A stretch of DNA of 64,000 nt from Camelus dromedarius (taxonomy: Eukaryota), in assembly GCF_036321535.1 (NCBI RefSeq), contig NC_087467.1, positions 22,754,001-22,818,000 of the forward strand. The letters run 5' to 3'. A program made the translations under genes and the position numbers. The notes under the pieces were generated by a model. The model had not been told where the DNA came from and made no database searches. It saw only the letters and a program-made list of their open reading frames with translations. Positions 49,985 through 61,539 of this stretch are shown here, in pieces; within the stretch, counting starts at the first letter, position 1; every line of letters starts with the position of its first letter.

Positions 49985-51060
49985 GAAGACAGGCTCGCTG
50001 ACTTCCCGCCACCAGCCCACTCGGCTGTCTGAGCAGCATTTTCACTTCTCACGCTAACCTTACCTGGCAGTGGTACGAGATGACACTCAAAATAAATCAA
50101 ATTCCAAATCTCATAGAGTAAACTGGGAAATAGCCCCTCTGTTTCCAGCCTCTGAGGAAGCTATTATAAGACTGGAATTACACCTTCTTCAGAAAATTTT
50201 TGGAATTTGCTTATACACCTGACTGGGTGTGTTGTTTCCTTGTGGGGGAGTTTCAGACTGCAGATACAAATGCTGAATGGTTATGGGATTATTTCATTTT
50301 CCATGTCTTCTTGAGTAAATTTTGGTAAATTATATTTTTCTAGGGATTCACCCATTGTACCAAAAGTTTCCAATGTATTGGAATAAAACTGTCAATTGTA
50401 TTCACTTACTGCTTTTTAATCTTCTGTGTCTGCTTCTGCCTCATTTCCATCTCCAGTGCGTGTTGGTACGTTCTCTTTTTCTTTCTGCACCACTCTAGCC
50501 AAAAAACGTCCTTACTAGTCTTCAAAACCAACTTTCATTTTTCTTAATTTTCTCGACATTTGCTTTGATTGCTTCTTCTCTTATTTACTTTATTTCTCCC
50601 AATTTCTTTGGGTTTATTCCATTATTCTTTTTCTAATTTAAGAGGTGGAACACTTCGCTTTTTCTTTTTCAGACTGTCCTTCTGTTTTAATTTAAAAACC
50701 CTTAAAAGTCTATATTTCCCTTCAAAATAGGTATCATTTAGTTGTATTCTATAATTCGGTATGTAATATTTATATTATCATTCATTTTTAAGCATTTCAT
50801 AACTTCCATAGTAACTTCTCCTTTGATCTAGGATTTATTTAGAAGCGTGTTTTGTAATTTCCAAAACCATGGGGAATTTTTGGTAACCTATTAATTATTG
50901 CTGTGTAACTCTGTTGCATTAAATAGAGAAAATATGTTTACATAAGGTTTTGAAATGTGTTAAGACTTGTTTTCTGGACCACTAAACCGTCAATCTGTAT
51001 GAACGTTCCGTGCCTATGTTCCAAATGCAGGACCTTCACTGATCGAACTTCCACAGTCAG
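49985..51060 (-). mobile_element. Old L1M ORF2 relic
   Basis: AT-rich reverse L1 text, e.g. CTTCAAAACCAACTTTCATTTTTCTTAATTTTCTC and TTCTCCTTTGATCTAGGATTATTTAGAAG. Confidence 0.75.
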
Positions 51061-51251
51061 ATGTGTTCATGGCATCTTCAAGTCTGACACTTTGGTCACA
51101 TTATGAAGAAACAGGTGCACCTGTGGCCTGGATCCATCCTCTCTCATCCACTCGAGGATTTGACCTTGACCTCTCTTCTCATGTCATTTTCCTCCCTTCT
51201 GGATAAGCTTCCAATGTAGTGAAATTTCTTGATCCAACTCCCTCATCCCCG

Positions 51252-51567
51252 TGTCTCAGCCCCAAGGGGCTGCTGTGACTAAGGACCACACACTGGGTGG
51301 CTCAGAAATGGCAGAAATTGCTTCCTCAGAGTTCTGGAGGCTGGACGTCTGAGATCCCGGTGCCAGGGCGGTCGGGGGAGGGCTCTCTTTCTGGGTGCGA
51401 ACCCCTTGCGTCCTCACAGGGCTGCGGGGGAGACAAAGGGCTCAGGAACCTTTTTGTGGGGCTCTGCCCACCTGCTGTGAGCGCCTCCCAGAGGCTCCAC
51501 CTCCTAAAACCATCCCCTTGAGGGTTAATACGAATTTTGAAGGGACACAAACACTGAGACCACAGTC
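51252..51567 (-). mobile_element. MLT1 (A/B/C-like) MaLR solo LTR
   Basis: GGGCTGCTGTGACTAAGGACCACACACTGGGTGGCTCAGAA..TTCTGGAGGCTGGACGTCTGAGATC..GAATTTTGAAGGGACACAAAC. Confidence 0.8.
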
Positions 51568-53719
51568 CACAGCCACCTCACTTCTCTTTTATTTATTTCA
51601 GACTTCTGGAGAGTTGCACCAACCCCACTAACTCACCCCCAAGTCTCGAGTCAGCCCCTCAGTTCGGTCAGTGGCAACCCCTTGCTGGAAGCAGCCTGGG
51701 CGGCGACCTCAGCAGGACCCCGTGGGAGGCAGCTTCCTCAGCAGGGACAGGGCATTGGTGGGCAACTCAGGAGATGCCCTTCGTGCTGTGAGTCTGCAAC
51801 ACTGGTTTGACTGCTTGGCTAGATTGTCCTGTGGTCTGGAAAGTGTTACAAAATTAGACGACTTACCTAGAATATTTCTATTTTATTAATTCAGAATCCC
51901 CGAGAGTCTGTTGACAGTAATTTAAGAAATAGATCCCACCCAGTTTCAGGCTGAGTGATAATGTTTGAATTATTCACATAAAAACTCTATAAAAGCATAA
52001 AAGCTGACCAGACGTCTGATGCTCTGCCAGACGTGGGCCAGACCGCTCGTCTCCGAGGAAGTGTGGCAAAGCCACTCAGATGATCAGAAAACCTGGGTCC
52101 TGCTGCTGTGTTTGAAGCTGCACTTCCTGAGTTTCAATACTTCTCGGATGACATTACCACCACAGATATAATCCAATTGCTGAAAACAAAAGGTAAAGGA
52201 TTTGATTCGAAATTATGAGGAGGGTCAAAAATCATGGGTAGTTGCTTCGTTTGACGTCTTTACACCTAGAGTGACTTCATTGCAGTCACCACCTCATCTC
52301 GGTAGGCGGCCACCATCCTCGGTTGATGAGACTCCAATACGTTTCATAAAATACATAATCCTTTCTTGCAAGCGCTTCTCTCTGGCACCTGCTCCAGAAA
52401 GCAGCAAAGGGCGCTGGCGTCCACGTGTCTAGGGGCGGGTCGGGGAAGAGCGGGGGTCGGCCTCCCGGTCCTGGTCCGCCCCTCACCAGCTGTGCACCCT
52501 CAGGAAAATCCAGCCCTCTATGTTCTCAGGAAGAAAACCTGATGAATCATTAATGCAGCTATTGTTAAGAATTAACTGAAATAATACGCACGAAGAGCTT
52601 AAAAGCAACGCCAGCCCTTAAAACCCTGTACCCCTGCGATTTGTATTTATCCCCAGACACATGTCTCTGGTCCTGTCCGCCAAGGATGGCGTTTCCTTGG
52701 TCCACGCTTCCGTCTCGTCAAATGTAGTTGTGACAAGACCTACCAGATATCCCACGGTAGTGAACAATAACTGTAACACAAAACCCAAGCAACTTGCAGC
52801 AAATGTGGAAATACTCTGGACCCCAATATGAACGGCAAGGCTCCAGAACACTAGCTGAACCACGCTGGGGCGCAGAGCTTCAGACTGAAGACATCAGGAC
52901 ACCGAATCAAGAAAAAACCGCAGACACGGTTGGGCCAAGTGGCGTACGAACCCGGGAGTGCTTGCAAAGACCTCCTTAAACAAAGGCTGTTTGCGAATGA
53001 AGTTAACAGACATTCACTCACAGTGCTACTCAATTCACACCTCCCACGAGCAGGGAGTGACCACGCTTCCGGAACCGCGAGGACTCGTGAGATGTACGCG
53101 GATGACAGATCAGAGCACTGGAGACAAGGACAATCCTGAACATTTGCGATGCACGACCCCAGACATCTGCTTCCAATCGCTGATACAGGTGTACAGTCCC
53201 ACAGTCTGAATCTATAAAAATGCCTTAAGTATTATTTTCGAAAATCGTATTTGCCTTTCCTTCCAGGATTCTGGTGACGCCAGTGGAACACGTACTTCCT
53301 TTCTTTCACTTAAAGGAGTCTGTGTTTTCTGTTAAAATGTGGACACCTCCCCCTGCCACAGGATTCTCCACCACGACCCCGCCCCTGGTCAGCAGTCTGA
53401 AAGGAAGGGGCTGGTAGAGGTCAACACCAAATCCATGGTCTTCGGGGTCAAGGGTAAGTGTGAGAGAAAGCCTTTTAATGAATCACTGAAAATAAGGTTT
53501 AATGATTCCCTATCCCAGGGGTTGGAAACACGCTGACTTGAGTTTATCCTCCATTATAAATGGATTGTGACTTTTTAATTTTTATACCTTCTTTTATAAA
53601 ATTAAAGAAAAGGGAATGGAGGCCGTTTCCACGACTCCATGCCCATGGGAACAAAATGTAAAATAAAGGTGATGAGGAAAGCAAAGACTAGTGAAGCCAG
53701 CAGAGCAGCAATACAGACG

Positions 53720-54600
53720 AAGCCCGCCCGCGGCTCGAGGCCGTTCACATTCATGAGACGCACACGCATGTTAGAAAGCTTCTGAGCGTTCTGGCCACCG
53801 ACTAACAGAGGGGATGACAGTTAACAGACTCGAACCGCCCGAAGGGCAGCGCGGCCCAGGCGGTCGGGGCCACGGCCGCGGAGCGGCGCGCGCAGGGCCG
53901 CCCCCCGCGGACCGCGCGGACCGGGCGGCGGCGCGGGCGGAAGCTCCCGCGGGGGCCCTCGGGCGGCCGCGCGGCATCTCGGCGCCGCACATGTCTGCTG
54001 GGGTCCCGAAGAAGCGCACAGTGATCTAGAAGAGCGCGGCGGTGCGCACGCTGCGGACAGTCGTCCGTGGACACGCTCGCCACGCGGCTGTCGCCAGGCA
54101 GAAGCAGGCAGCGGGTCAGGCTTCCGCTGCGAGCGCCCCCTGGCGGGGAGGCCCCGGGCCCACGGCGCGCGCAGCGGGGGCGCCCTGCCCCGAGCGCATC
54201 CGCGAAGGGGCGCGCGTCGTGCGAGCGGCCCTGCAGCCAGCGCGCCCCCCCCCCCCACCCCCGCGGAGGGGCCGAGGGCTGCCCGGGGAGCGCCACGGCT
54301 CCTCTAGGGAGGTAGTTCGGCTCACCCCGACCAGGTTCTAAAGGGGTCGTCCCAAAAGCTGCCGGTGGTAATCCACGCTTTCAAGGTGGTCACGGCAATT
54401 GGCCCCCTGACTCCAGAGGACTCGCTCATGTGGACGCTTCATAGCCACCGAGACGGCAGACAGCTGCCCGCGATGACGCAGGGGCGATGCCCGCAGCCTC
54501 GGCCTCCCCCTCTGCGGACCGCCCACGGGCCCCCACGCACCGCGGGGCACGTCGGGGAAGAGCCGCGCCACAGCCGCCCCTCCCGCAAGGTCTAGAAAAC
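53720..54600. promoter_or_regulatory. CpG island, probable promoter or first exon
   Basis: Very high GC and CpG density over ~900 bp; GC-box-like motifs; CRE-like TGACGCA at 54474-54480; minus-strand donor GGG|gtgagc at 54325. Confidence 0.8.
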
Positions 54601-55066
54601 CGCCTCTTCTGAGGTTAACCAGGAATCTTTAACATCAAGAACAGGCAAACACCCACCTTGTCACTGAAAATAAAACTCAATAAAGCTGTCACAGGACCCT
54701 CAGTTCTAAGCAATAAAACCCCCTGATGCGTTACCAAGACAGAACAGTGAAGTGTGTGTCTGCGGGACTCAGCAAAGGCTGCGACCTCGCGGGCAACAAC
54801 ACGCTGCTGAAGTCCAACAAAATGATGTCATTGGCTAATACTGGGGAGTCCCTCCCTCCCGCCTGCAGCAGGGCCGCCCCCTCGCCTAGAACCCCTCTCT
54901 CCGCCCCATCTCGGGCGGGAGGCAGCCACTCTCACCTGCTTCCTCCAAACACAGTAAAGAAAATTTAAACTGTCAACTGAGAAAATACGTACGTTGCCAT
55001 ACCCAGACCGCTCACAAATCTACGTTCCTTCACTGTCACCATTTAATTAAAAGTAGGTGAGAAGTT

Positions 55067-55200
55067 GGAGGGAGGGTACAGCTCAGCGGTACAGCGTGTG
55101 CCCAGCATGCACGAGGGCCTGGGTTCAACCCCCAGTACGTCCATTAATAAGTAAATAAACAAATCTAATGACCTCTACCTCCCCCCCAAAAAAACCATGT
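55067..55200 (+). mobile_element. Camelid-type tRNA-Ala-derived SINE
   Basis: GGAGGGTACAGCTCAGCGGTACAGCGTGTGCCCAGCATGCACGAGGGCCTGGGTTCAACCCCCAGTACGTCCA plus AAATCTAATGACC tail. Confidence 0.9.
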
Positions 55201-55326
55201 GAAAAGTTAATAAAATTAGAGAAAGCAGACCATAAAACCAAATCATTTTCTAAAAATTTCATGAGTTACTTGAAGAGTTGGCCAAACACTGAGGAGAGCC
55301 ATTTCCACCCCGTTCAAGAATGATCA

Positions 55327-55693
55327 CTCATTTGTGGGATCAAAAAGAAAATAAAAAATAAGACATTAATGAACTCATCTACAAAGCAGAAACAGACTCA
55401 CAGACACAGTAAACAATCTCACGGTCACCGGCTGGAAAGGCAGGTGGGAAGGGATAAACTGGGAGTTTAAGATTTGCAGATACTGCCTACTGTGTATACA
55501 ACAGAGAAACAACAAGTTTCTCTGTACAGCACAGGGAACTGTATTCATAGCCTGTAGTAACTTACAATGAAAAAGAATATGAAAACGAATATACGTATGT
55601 ATATGGATGACTGGAAAATTACGCTGTACACCAGAAAATTGGCATATTGTAACTGACTGTATGTCAATAAGAAAATCAATTACTTTTTAAAAA
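55327..55693 (+). mobile_element. 5'-truncated L1 3' end
   Basis: GGGATAAACTGGGAGTTTAAGATTTGCAGATAC..CAGCACAGGGAAC; possible TSD AAGAATGATCA (55316-55326) / AAGAAGGATCA (55694-55704). Confidence 0.88.
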
Positions 55694-55936
55694 AAGAAGG
55701 ATCAGGAAGATTTGGTGAGGCTGAAAACTGCTTACAGCTAAGGCCCGTGCTCACTAAAGCAGTGCCAGACTCCACGCGATGGGAGGACCTCCGCCTGAAA
55801 CTGAGGACCCAGATGCACCTCTGCTCAGGCCTTGGGATTCGGGGTTTAACAGGCAGAACGGAGCCTCTCCCACTATCCTCATCCATTTTTTGCGTCTTCC
55901 ATCCCCCGTCCTCTTCTTGCTCCCGTGGAAACTTAC

Positions 55937-55976
55937 ATCCCCATCGTCTCCTCCTCCTTCTAGACATTCTTCAAGC
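55937..55976 (-). CDS. Candidate exon 5 of minus-strand chain (MLEECLEGGGDDGD)
   Basis: Acceptor tttgtttcccag, donor GAT|gtaagt, in frame with the 58276-58308 exon. Confidence 0.4.
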
Positions 55977-57799
55977 CTGGGAAACAAACTGATGTGCTCA
56001 CGGTGACAGCACACTGACTGGGAAGGCTGAGCCCAGTGCCTTCCTGGGGGTTTGTACCTCCACAGAAGACCCGGGGCTGCTGGTAACAGATGATCGCGAA
56101 GAGGAGTTAACGTTTAAAACCAGCAAGCAGCCCTGGTGTCCCTCCACCCACCTGGGGACCAGCTGCCCACGTGTCACTGACTGCAGCCAATCTCCCTTCC
56201 GAAAATAAGCCCAGGAGGCAGCTGCGTCCGCGTCCCTCTCTGACGTCCGAGCACTGGCGCAGTCTGGAAGGAGTCCGTGCCCTCCGGCTCCAAACACCAA
56301 GTGTCCAAAAGCAAACTCCACCAGCCCCTGGGTGTAAGCATAAACATATTTATATGTGATGACTGCATTACAGAAATAAACTAAAACATTTCCCCTTAGC
56401 AGTACCCATTGTGCTCATCAAATCTCATCTAAAATATGTTGCCCGCAACCCCAGGCACAGAGGAGGAATTTAAACACAGCAGTGATTCAGAATCAAAGAC
56501 TAAATGCGAGCCTGTGTCTTGGGCTTAAGAGAAAGCCTGGGGACAGGACACAGCTGCAGGAGGACCATTTCCCTTCAAGCCATGGACTCTGGGAAGCCTT
56601 TGGTAAGAAATGATGAAGAGGTCATTTTCATCTGGGGCCTACGTGAAAGAGATTTTAGCTTAAATAGCTACCAGAGGTACTAAAACACGGGGAGGCCTGG
56701 TGTGTTGGTTGATGTGAGCGTGGTGAGATCGGGCGGATAGGTCATCACTCTTCAAGAAAGCAAGTCAGTGCCCTAGTGCCCTGCACCACCGCATCGCCCC
56801 GTGAGGGCTCTGTGACCCCACCGCAAATGGTAATGGAAAAATTTTGCTCCTCGAGGATTCTTTACTAAGCGTCAGGACAGTAAATCAAGAGGGCAATAGA
56901 GTGAAAAGAACCATAAGGAATAAACAACGAAGTTTATGGCTTGAGTGTTTGTGGAACCTCCTGAAATCTGAAGTAGGGAAGACGGGGAGGGAACAGGCCA
57001 GGGAGCAGGGCAGACGGGGGAAAGGCAATATTTTGCCTTGGACATCCGTCAGTTTAAGCCGCCTACAGAAAACTCAAAAAGAGAGGCCAAGCACGCCGCG
57101 GGTTATGCAGACCCAGGATGCTGTAGAAATCTGGTCAGGAGACAAACGCAGGAGTCACCAGCACATAACAGTGTTACGGTCCTGGGAGAAAACGTGGAGG
57201 ATGATGAGGACAAGCGCAGAAGCCCGCGTCCCCTGCAGGGGGCACACAGCACAGAGCGGAGGCCGCAGAGCTCTCGGCCGGTAGCAGGTTTCCAGCCGTC
57301 TTCAAATCCTCAGATTCCTGGCTCCACTGGCTCCTTAGGACCCGTCAAAGTGAGGGTTTACCGTTGTGTGATCAGGGTCAAAACACCAGCAGGGGAGGCA
57401 GGGCGCCTAGGAAAAGCCCAGGAGACCATGGGGTCTCCCCAGTCCAGACACTGCACAGAGGGGCCCCCAGGGGCCCCCTGCCTGCCTTCTCCACCCCCAC
57501 CCCCGGGCCCCCGAGTGCCTGACCTTCCACGAGGGTGTTCTCACTCTCAGACTCCCACTGGTGTTGAAAGGTCCTTCCATGATAGGCAGTATTTGTTTTT
57601 TTAAAAGACTGTTTTTTAACTTTAAATGTAATGTAAATTTAAATAGCCACATGTGCCTAGGGGCTGGCAGACTGGGCCGTGAGGATCGAGCCAGTCTCCC
57701 TGGTTGTGATGCTCAGACCGTCCTGAGAAACTCTCGTGGGTTTTGATAGAAAGAAGGCAACGAGTAACAAGGTCACCTCACTCGAGCCCAGGGTGGAGG

Positions 57800-58140
57800 C
57801 CGTCCCGTCTTCATGACGGGGAAGTGAGTTTTGAGAAGGGTACCCAGCTGGTCTGTGATGGAGGTGGGGCTTGAACCAGCTGGGCTGATCTTTGAAAGCT
57901 AGGTCCCCCATCCCGTTTTCCGGGAGCCACAGTGCCGCGCAGCAGCCCAGCGTGACCCTGCAGGTGTGGTTTTGGGGGCAGGCAGATCTCGGCTCAAGTT
58001 CCAGCTCTGCCGACAACCTGCCTGTAGCCTCAGGGAACTGCAGTCAGGTCCCTGGCCTCCCCAAAATGCACTTTCCTCATTTGCCCAGTGGAAGCGAGAG
58101 CGGCAGCCTGTTCCTTGTCATGTATGTTACGCAGCACTCT
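57800..58140. mobile_element. Two MIR relics in opposite orientation
   Basis: Reverse MIR-like text at ~57800-57900 (GGGGCTTGAACCAG) and forward MIR at ~57985-58140 (CTCAAGTTCCAGCTCTGCC..TTTCCTCATTTG). Confidence 0.45.
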
Positions 58141-58275
58141 CTGCTTCGTGGTATATTTTTAATGTCCTTCGCTTTATTGAATCCTCTTAACAGCTCCAAA
58201 TGACACCAAATCACAAGTACAAAACAACTTGAGGTAAAGCCAGTGTAGGACTCAGGAGCAACTGTCATCACTTAC

Positions 58276-58308
58276 ATGTCAAAGTTCATTTCAGATCTTT
58301 CCCTGTCC
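58276..58308 (-). CDS. Candidate exon 4 of minus-strand chain (DRERSEMNFD)
   Basis: Acceptor ctctgctttag, donor CAT|gtaagt, 33 nt, phase 2-2. Confidence 0.4.
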
Positions 58309-58403
58309 CTAAAGCAGAGTCCCAAAGACCGCTACCCGGGCACACCGTCTTAGGCTTCCTGGAGATGATAATTAAGGTAAAAACTTAACGGTCTCTCTCT
58401 TAC

Positions 58404-58478
58404 TTTTTGAATCTCCGCCGGGGTATGGATAAAAGCCTCTCGCTCAGTGCACACTTTTTCAGCTGTTGTAAGTGGCTG
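58404..58478 (-). CDS. Candidate optional exon 3 (SHLQQLKKCALSERLLSIPRRRFK)
   Basis: 75 nt, phase 2-2, donor AAA|gtaaga, 95-nt intron to the next exon; acceptor (ccctacag) is weak. Confidence 0.25.
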
Positions 58479-59802
58479 CTGTAGGGACTTTTGGGGTTTG
58501 CCCCCCACAGTCGTGAGCAAAGCGGGCGAGAAGATGTCAACAACGGTGTGACGTGGAGGCAGCCCCCCTCCGAGTGCCAGCCCCTGGCCCGTCCCCAGGT
58601 CATGCTCTGCGAGCCTCTCAGTCATCAGCCACAGCAGTCACCAGGGGCCAGTCACAACTGCGTGGCCTCAGAGCCCCAGCGGCTGCCCCCTGTCTCCCTG
58701 TTCTTTCCCAGTGCAGAACTCCTGAGGGAGGGGGAGAATCATACTTTAAACATGAGTCTTTCCGTCCCTCTGCCCTGAGAGCCACAGATGCAGGCACATA
58801 ATTTTAAAAAGTATTTGGCCCCGCGTGACCGCCCTGTCAAACGTCAGACGGCACCAATATTTTACACATACTCTATTATTTTTTCCAGAAGAGTGTGTCC
58901 CCGTTAGCCAGGTACCTATTCATCATGATACCAATTAATCTTGTCGATTACTGTATTAAATTCTGGTGACTTGCTGACTGTTCTTCGGCAAGCCAGGGAC
59001 TTTTCCCATAGGAAGATTTTCTAAACTCAAGCCAGATTTGTCACGGTTCACATGGCAGGCAGTTCTGTTCCTGGGGCAACAGTCAAACAGCCAGTGATGT
59101 TTTCGGGCTGGCCGACAAGGTCTATAACTTTGATGCATCTGTGAGGACAGGGGGCCGCTGGCCAGGGCGGCAAGGGGGAGGCGTCGAGCTGCGTGGTCCA
59201 AACCTACACGGCTCTCTTGTCCGTTCCAAAGCGATCGGCTGACTCGTGGGAAAAACGCAGTATCAAGATTTCAAAGATTTTGTTGATTCCGAGCAACGCA
59301 AGGCTCTTCGGCCTCCCTAGAGATGAGGCTTGACTTTGTGGGACACACGTGTTAGCACGGACGGTGAACGGGGTCCACGTTTCTCACTGAAAGCAGAACC
59401 ACGGGTGGTGGTGGTGGGGAGGGAGCCGCGCAGGGCGGGTCCTAGGACGCCTGGGAAGGAAGTGAGCGGATGGCCCCACCGTCCCCCCGTGGTGTCCTCG
59501 TCCTTCCCCCACACGGGGCAGGTGACAGTGGAGGAGAAGTCGGGTGTGACTGGGTGCCGTGTCAGTGCTCCAGATCCAGCCCAGTGGAGGCATTGCTCCT
59601 ACCTGACAGTGACGTCACACCTCAGCCTAGAACCCGCGTCCCTGCGGCTCTGACGCAGCCACTGCGGTCCCCCCTGAAGTTCACGCCCCGAGGAGTCGGT
59701 GGTCTCCGCCAACAAGGCAACAACGAATAGCAAAGAAAGATCTGCTCCTAACACACAGCACAGTGGCTGCGGTGGCGGAGGATGTCTGCAGGCTGGACTT
59801 AC

Positions 59803-59860
59803 ATATAACACCTTTCTGGCTGATAAGCTTTTAAATTTACACCAGGGGAAGGTGCCAGTC
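59803..59860 (-). CDS. Candidate exon 2 of minus-strand chain (LAPSPGVNLKAYQPERCY)
   Basis: Preceded by a long (TTTTC)n tract and CTAAC; acceptor ggtaaag; donor TAT|gtaagt; phase 1-2 open. Confidence 0.38.
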
Positions 59861-59889
59861 CTTTACCAGAAAGGTTAGGAAGACAAGAA

Positions 59890-59928
59890 TTAAAAAAAAA
59901 GAAAAGAAAAGAAAAGAAAAGAAAAAAA
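59890..59928. repeat. (GAAAA)n / poly-A low-complexity run
   Basis: Direct reading. Confidence 0.9.
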
Positions 59929-60704
59929 CGGCATTTGTCAGGATGGCTTGTCAGCTGGGGCTGGGCGCCAGTGACAGAGCGCTGGTCCTGGGCAGAGGCT
60001 GTGGGGCGGGACCGGGCGTGGAGCCACGCTGGCCTCGGGGACTCCGCCCGGCGCTCAGGGAGGCCCGTCTGCTCTAGTGGCCAGCTAATATTTGCACTGG
60101 CATCGAAATGGGATGGCGCGCCAACCAAAGGGGACACAAGGGCCTTCTGCACTTGAGGGGCAGTTTAAATGGTTAACAAATGATTTTAAGGGACATGTGA
60201 AGCCAGAGGGTCCCCTTGGTGGTACTTGGTGAAGCCATCACCTCCTGAAGTGGGAGGACAGACAGACGGAAGCACCAAGCCCCAGGTAAGAAAAGCAGAG
60301 GTTCAGAGGTGAGCCCTCAGCCAGCAGGTCCCCGACAGGGTGGTCTGGGGTCCAGGGGTGAAGGAGGGGGGCAGTGCGACCTGGGTGGAGCTTCTGGTGG
60401 CCGCAGCTAGGAATCCTGCGTTCCCAGATTGCCCTGAAGCCCGAGGCCTGCAGAGGGACCCACCTGTCCTCAGCAGGAGATGGCCTCCCCCTTGTCTGAG
60501 GGCCGTGCAGGGGCCCAGGTGAGGCAGTCTCCCTCTCAGACAAGGCCCCCCACCTTCTCCCAGCACCAGAACAGCCACAGGGTCAGATCCCAGAACACCA
60601 GCAGCGCACGCGCTAGGCCTGCTGGGACCCGGCAGGACGAACGCCCAGGAGGCCGATGCTGAGATGCTCTCCACCACCCCAGGCTAAACACAGACCTTAC
60701 TTAC

Positions 60705-60757
60705 TTGCACACGTGGTGCACACGTGGTGCACGTGGAACCTTCCCGCTCTATTCATG
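60705..60757 (-). CDS. Candidate exon 1 of minus-strand chain (MNRAGRFHVHHVCTTCA)
   Basis: Acceptor ccttccactcttag, in-frame ATG at 60756-60754, donor CAA|gtaagt, ends in phase 1. Confidence 0.25.
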
Positions 60758-61539
60758 CTAAGAGTGGAAGGTATGTTATATTTGCTACCTGACCTGCCTC
60801 CCCCTCTCAAAATAACAGACAGTAATACGTTTGGTAAGAAAGGATGACAGATCGGAGCAGATGACAGGTTTCTTTGGTGTTGCTCAGTTTAGCAGCCAGT
60901 GAACAAAATTTATGGGAAGGAGTCTGGGAATAGTTTGAAACGAATTTCCACAGCATAAAAGCAGAAAAATATTCCTTTATTTTAAAATATGACCCTGAAT
61001 GGCTGAAGGGTACATTCCTATCTCTAAGCAATAAGTTACACAATCTCTTTGTTCATTCAGAACCAGGAGCCAATCTACAGAAGCAAATCCCTAAAAATTA
61101 ATGTGCTGGATGTCTTTTAAAGCTCTGGAAAATATTTCAAGCTGTGAAAATATTAATAATAATTGAATCGGGTCCTAGACTGCCTAAGATTGGGCCTAAC
61201 ATCACCAGTTGTTTTAAACTATTTGAAATAGAAGAGCTTTACATAGTAAATAAAAACATATATAAGTGTATTAATTGCACAGCACTGCTTCTGTTCAGCC
61301 AAAATGGCACAGGTGACAGACACAGCGTGTGGCTACAAATTCAAGTTCCCTTATAGTAAGTGTTTGGAAATTTGGAGGCAGTCAGCAGTAAAGTATTCCA
61401 CCAGCTGCAAGACAAAACTGTGAGGCAACTTACCATTGTCCCTGGCAGATTTTAACTATCGGAGAAATAATAGTTTCACTCCAGATAAGCATGTTCCTCT
61501 ATGTTCAGCAGTCCACCCCTTTTCCCACCTGAATAAACC

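Noticed and set aside
9585-55200. Five tRNA-Ala(AGC)-like sequences as tRNA genes
   Set aside because: Each has broken stems and is followed by an A-rich SINE tail, some with TSDs; they are tRNA-derived SINEs.
59208-59316. Extra minus-strand exon GRPKSLALLGINKIFEILILRFS..
   Set aside because: Open only from phase 1, so it hits a stop if placed after the stronger 59803-59860 exon; it would need mutually exclusive use and has a weaker donor.
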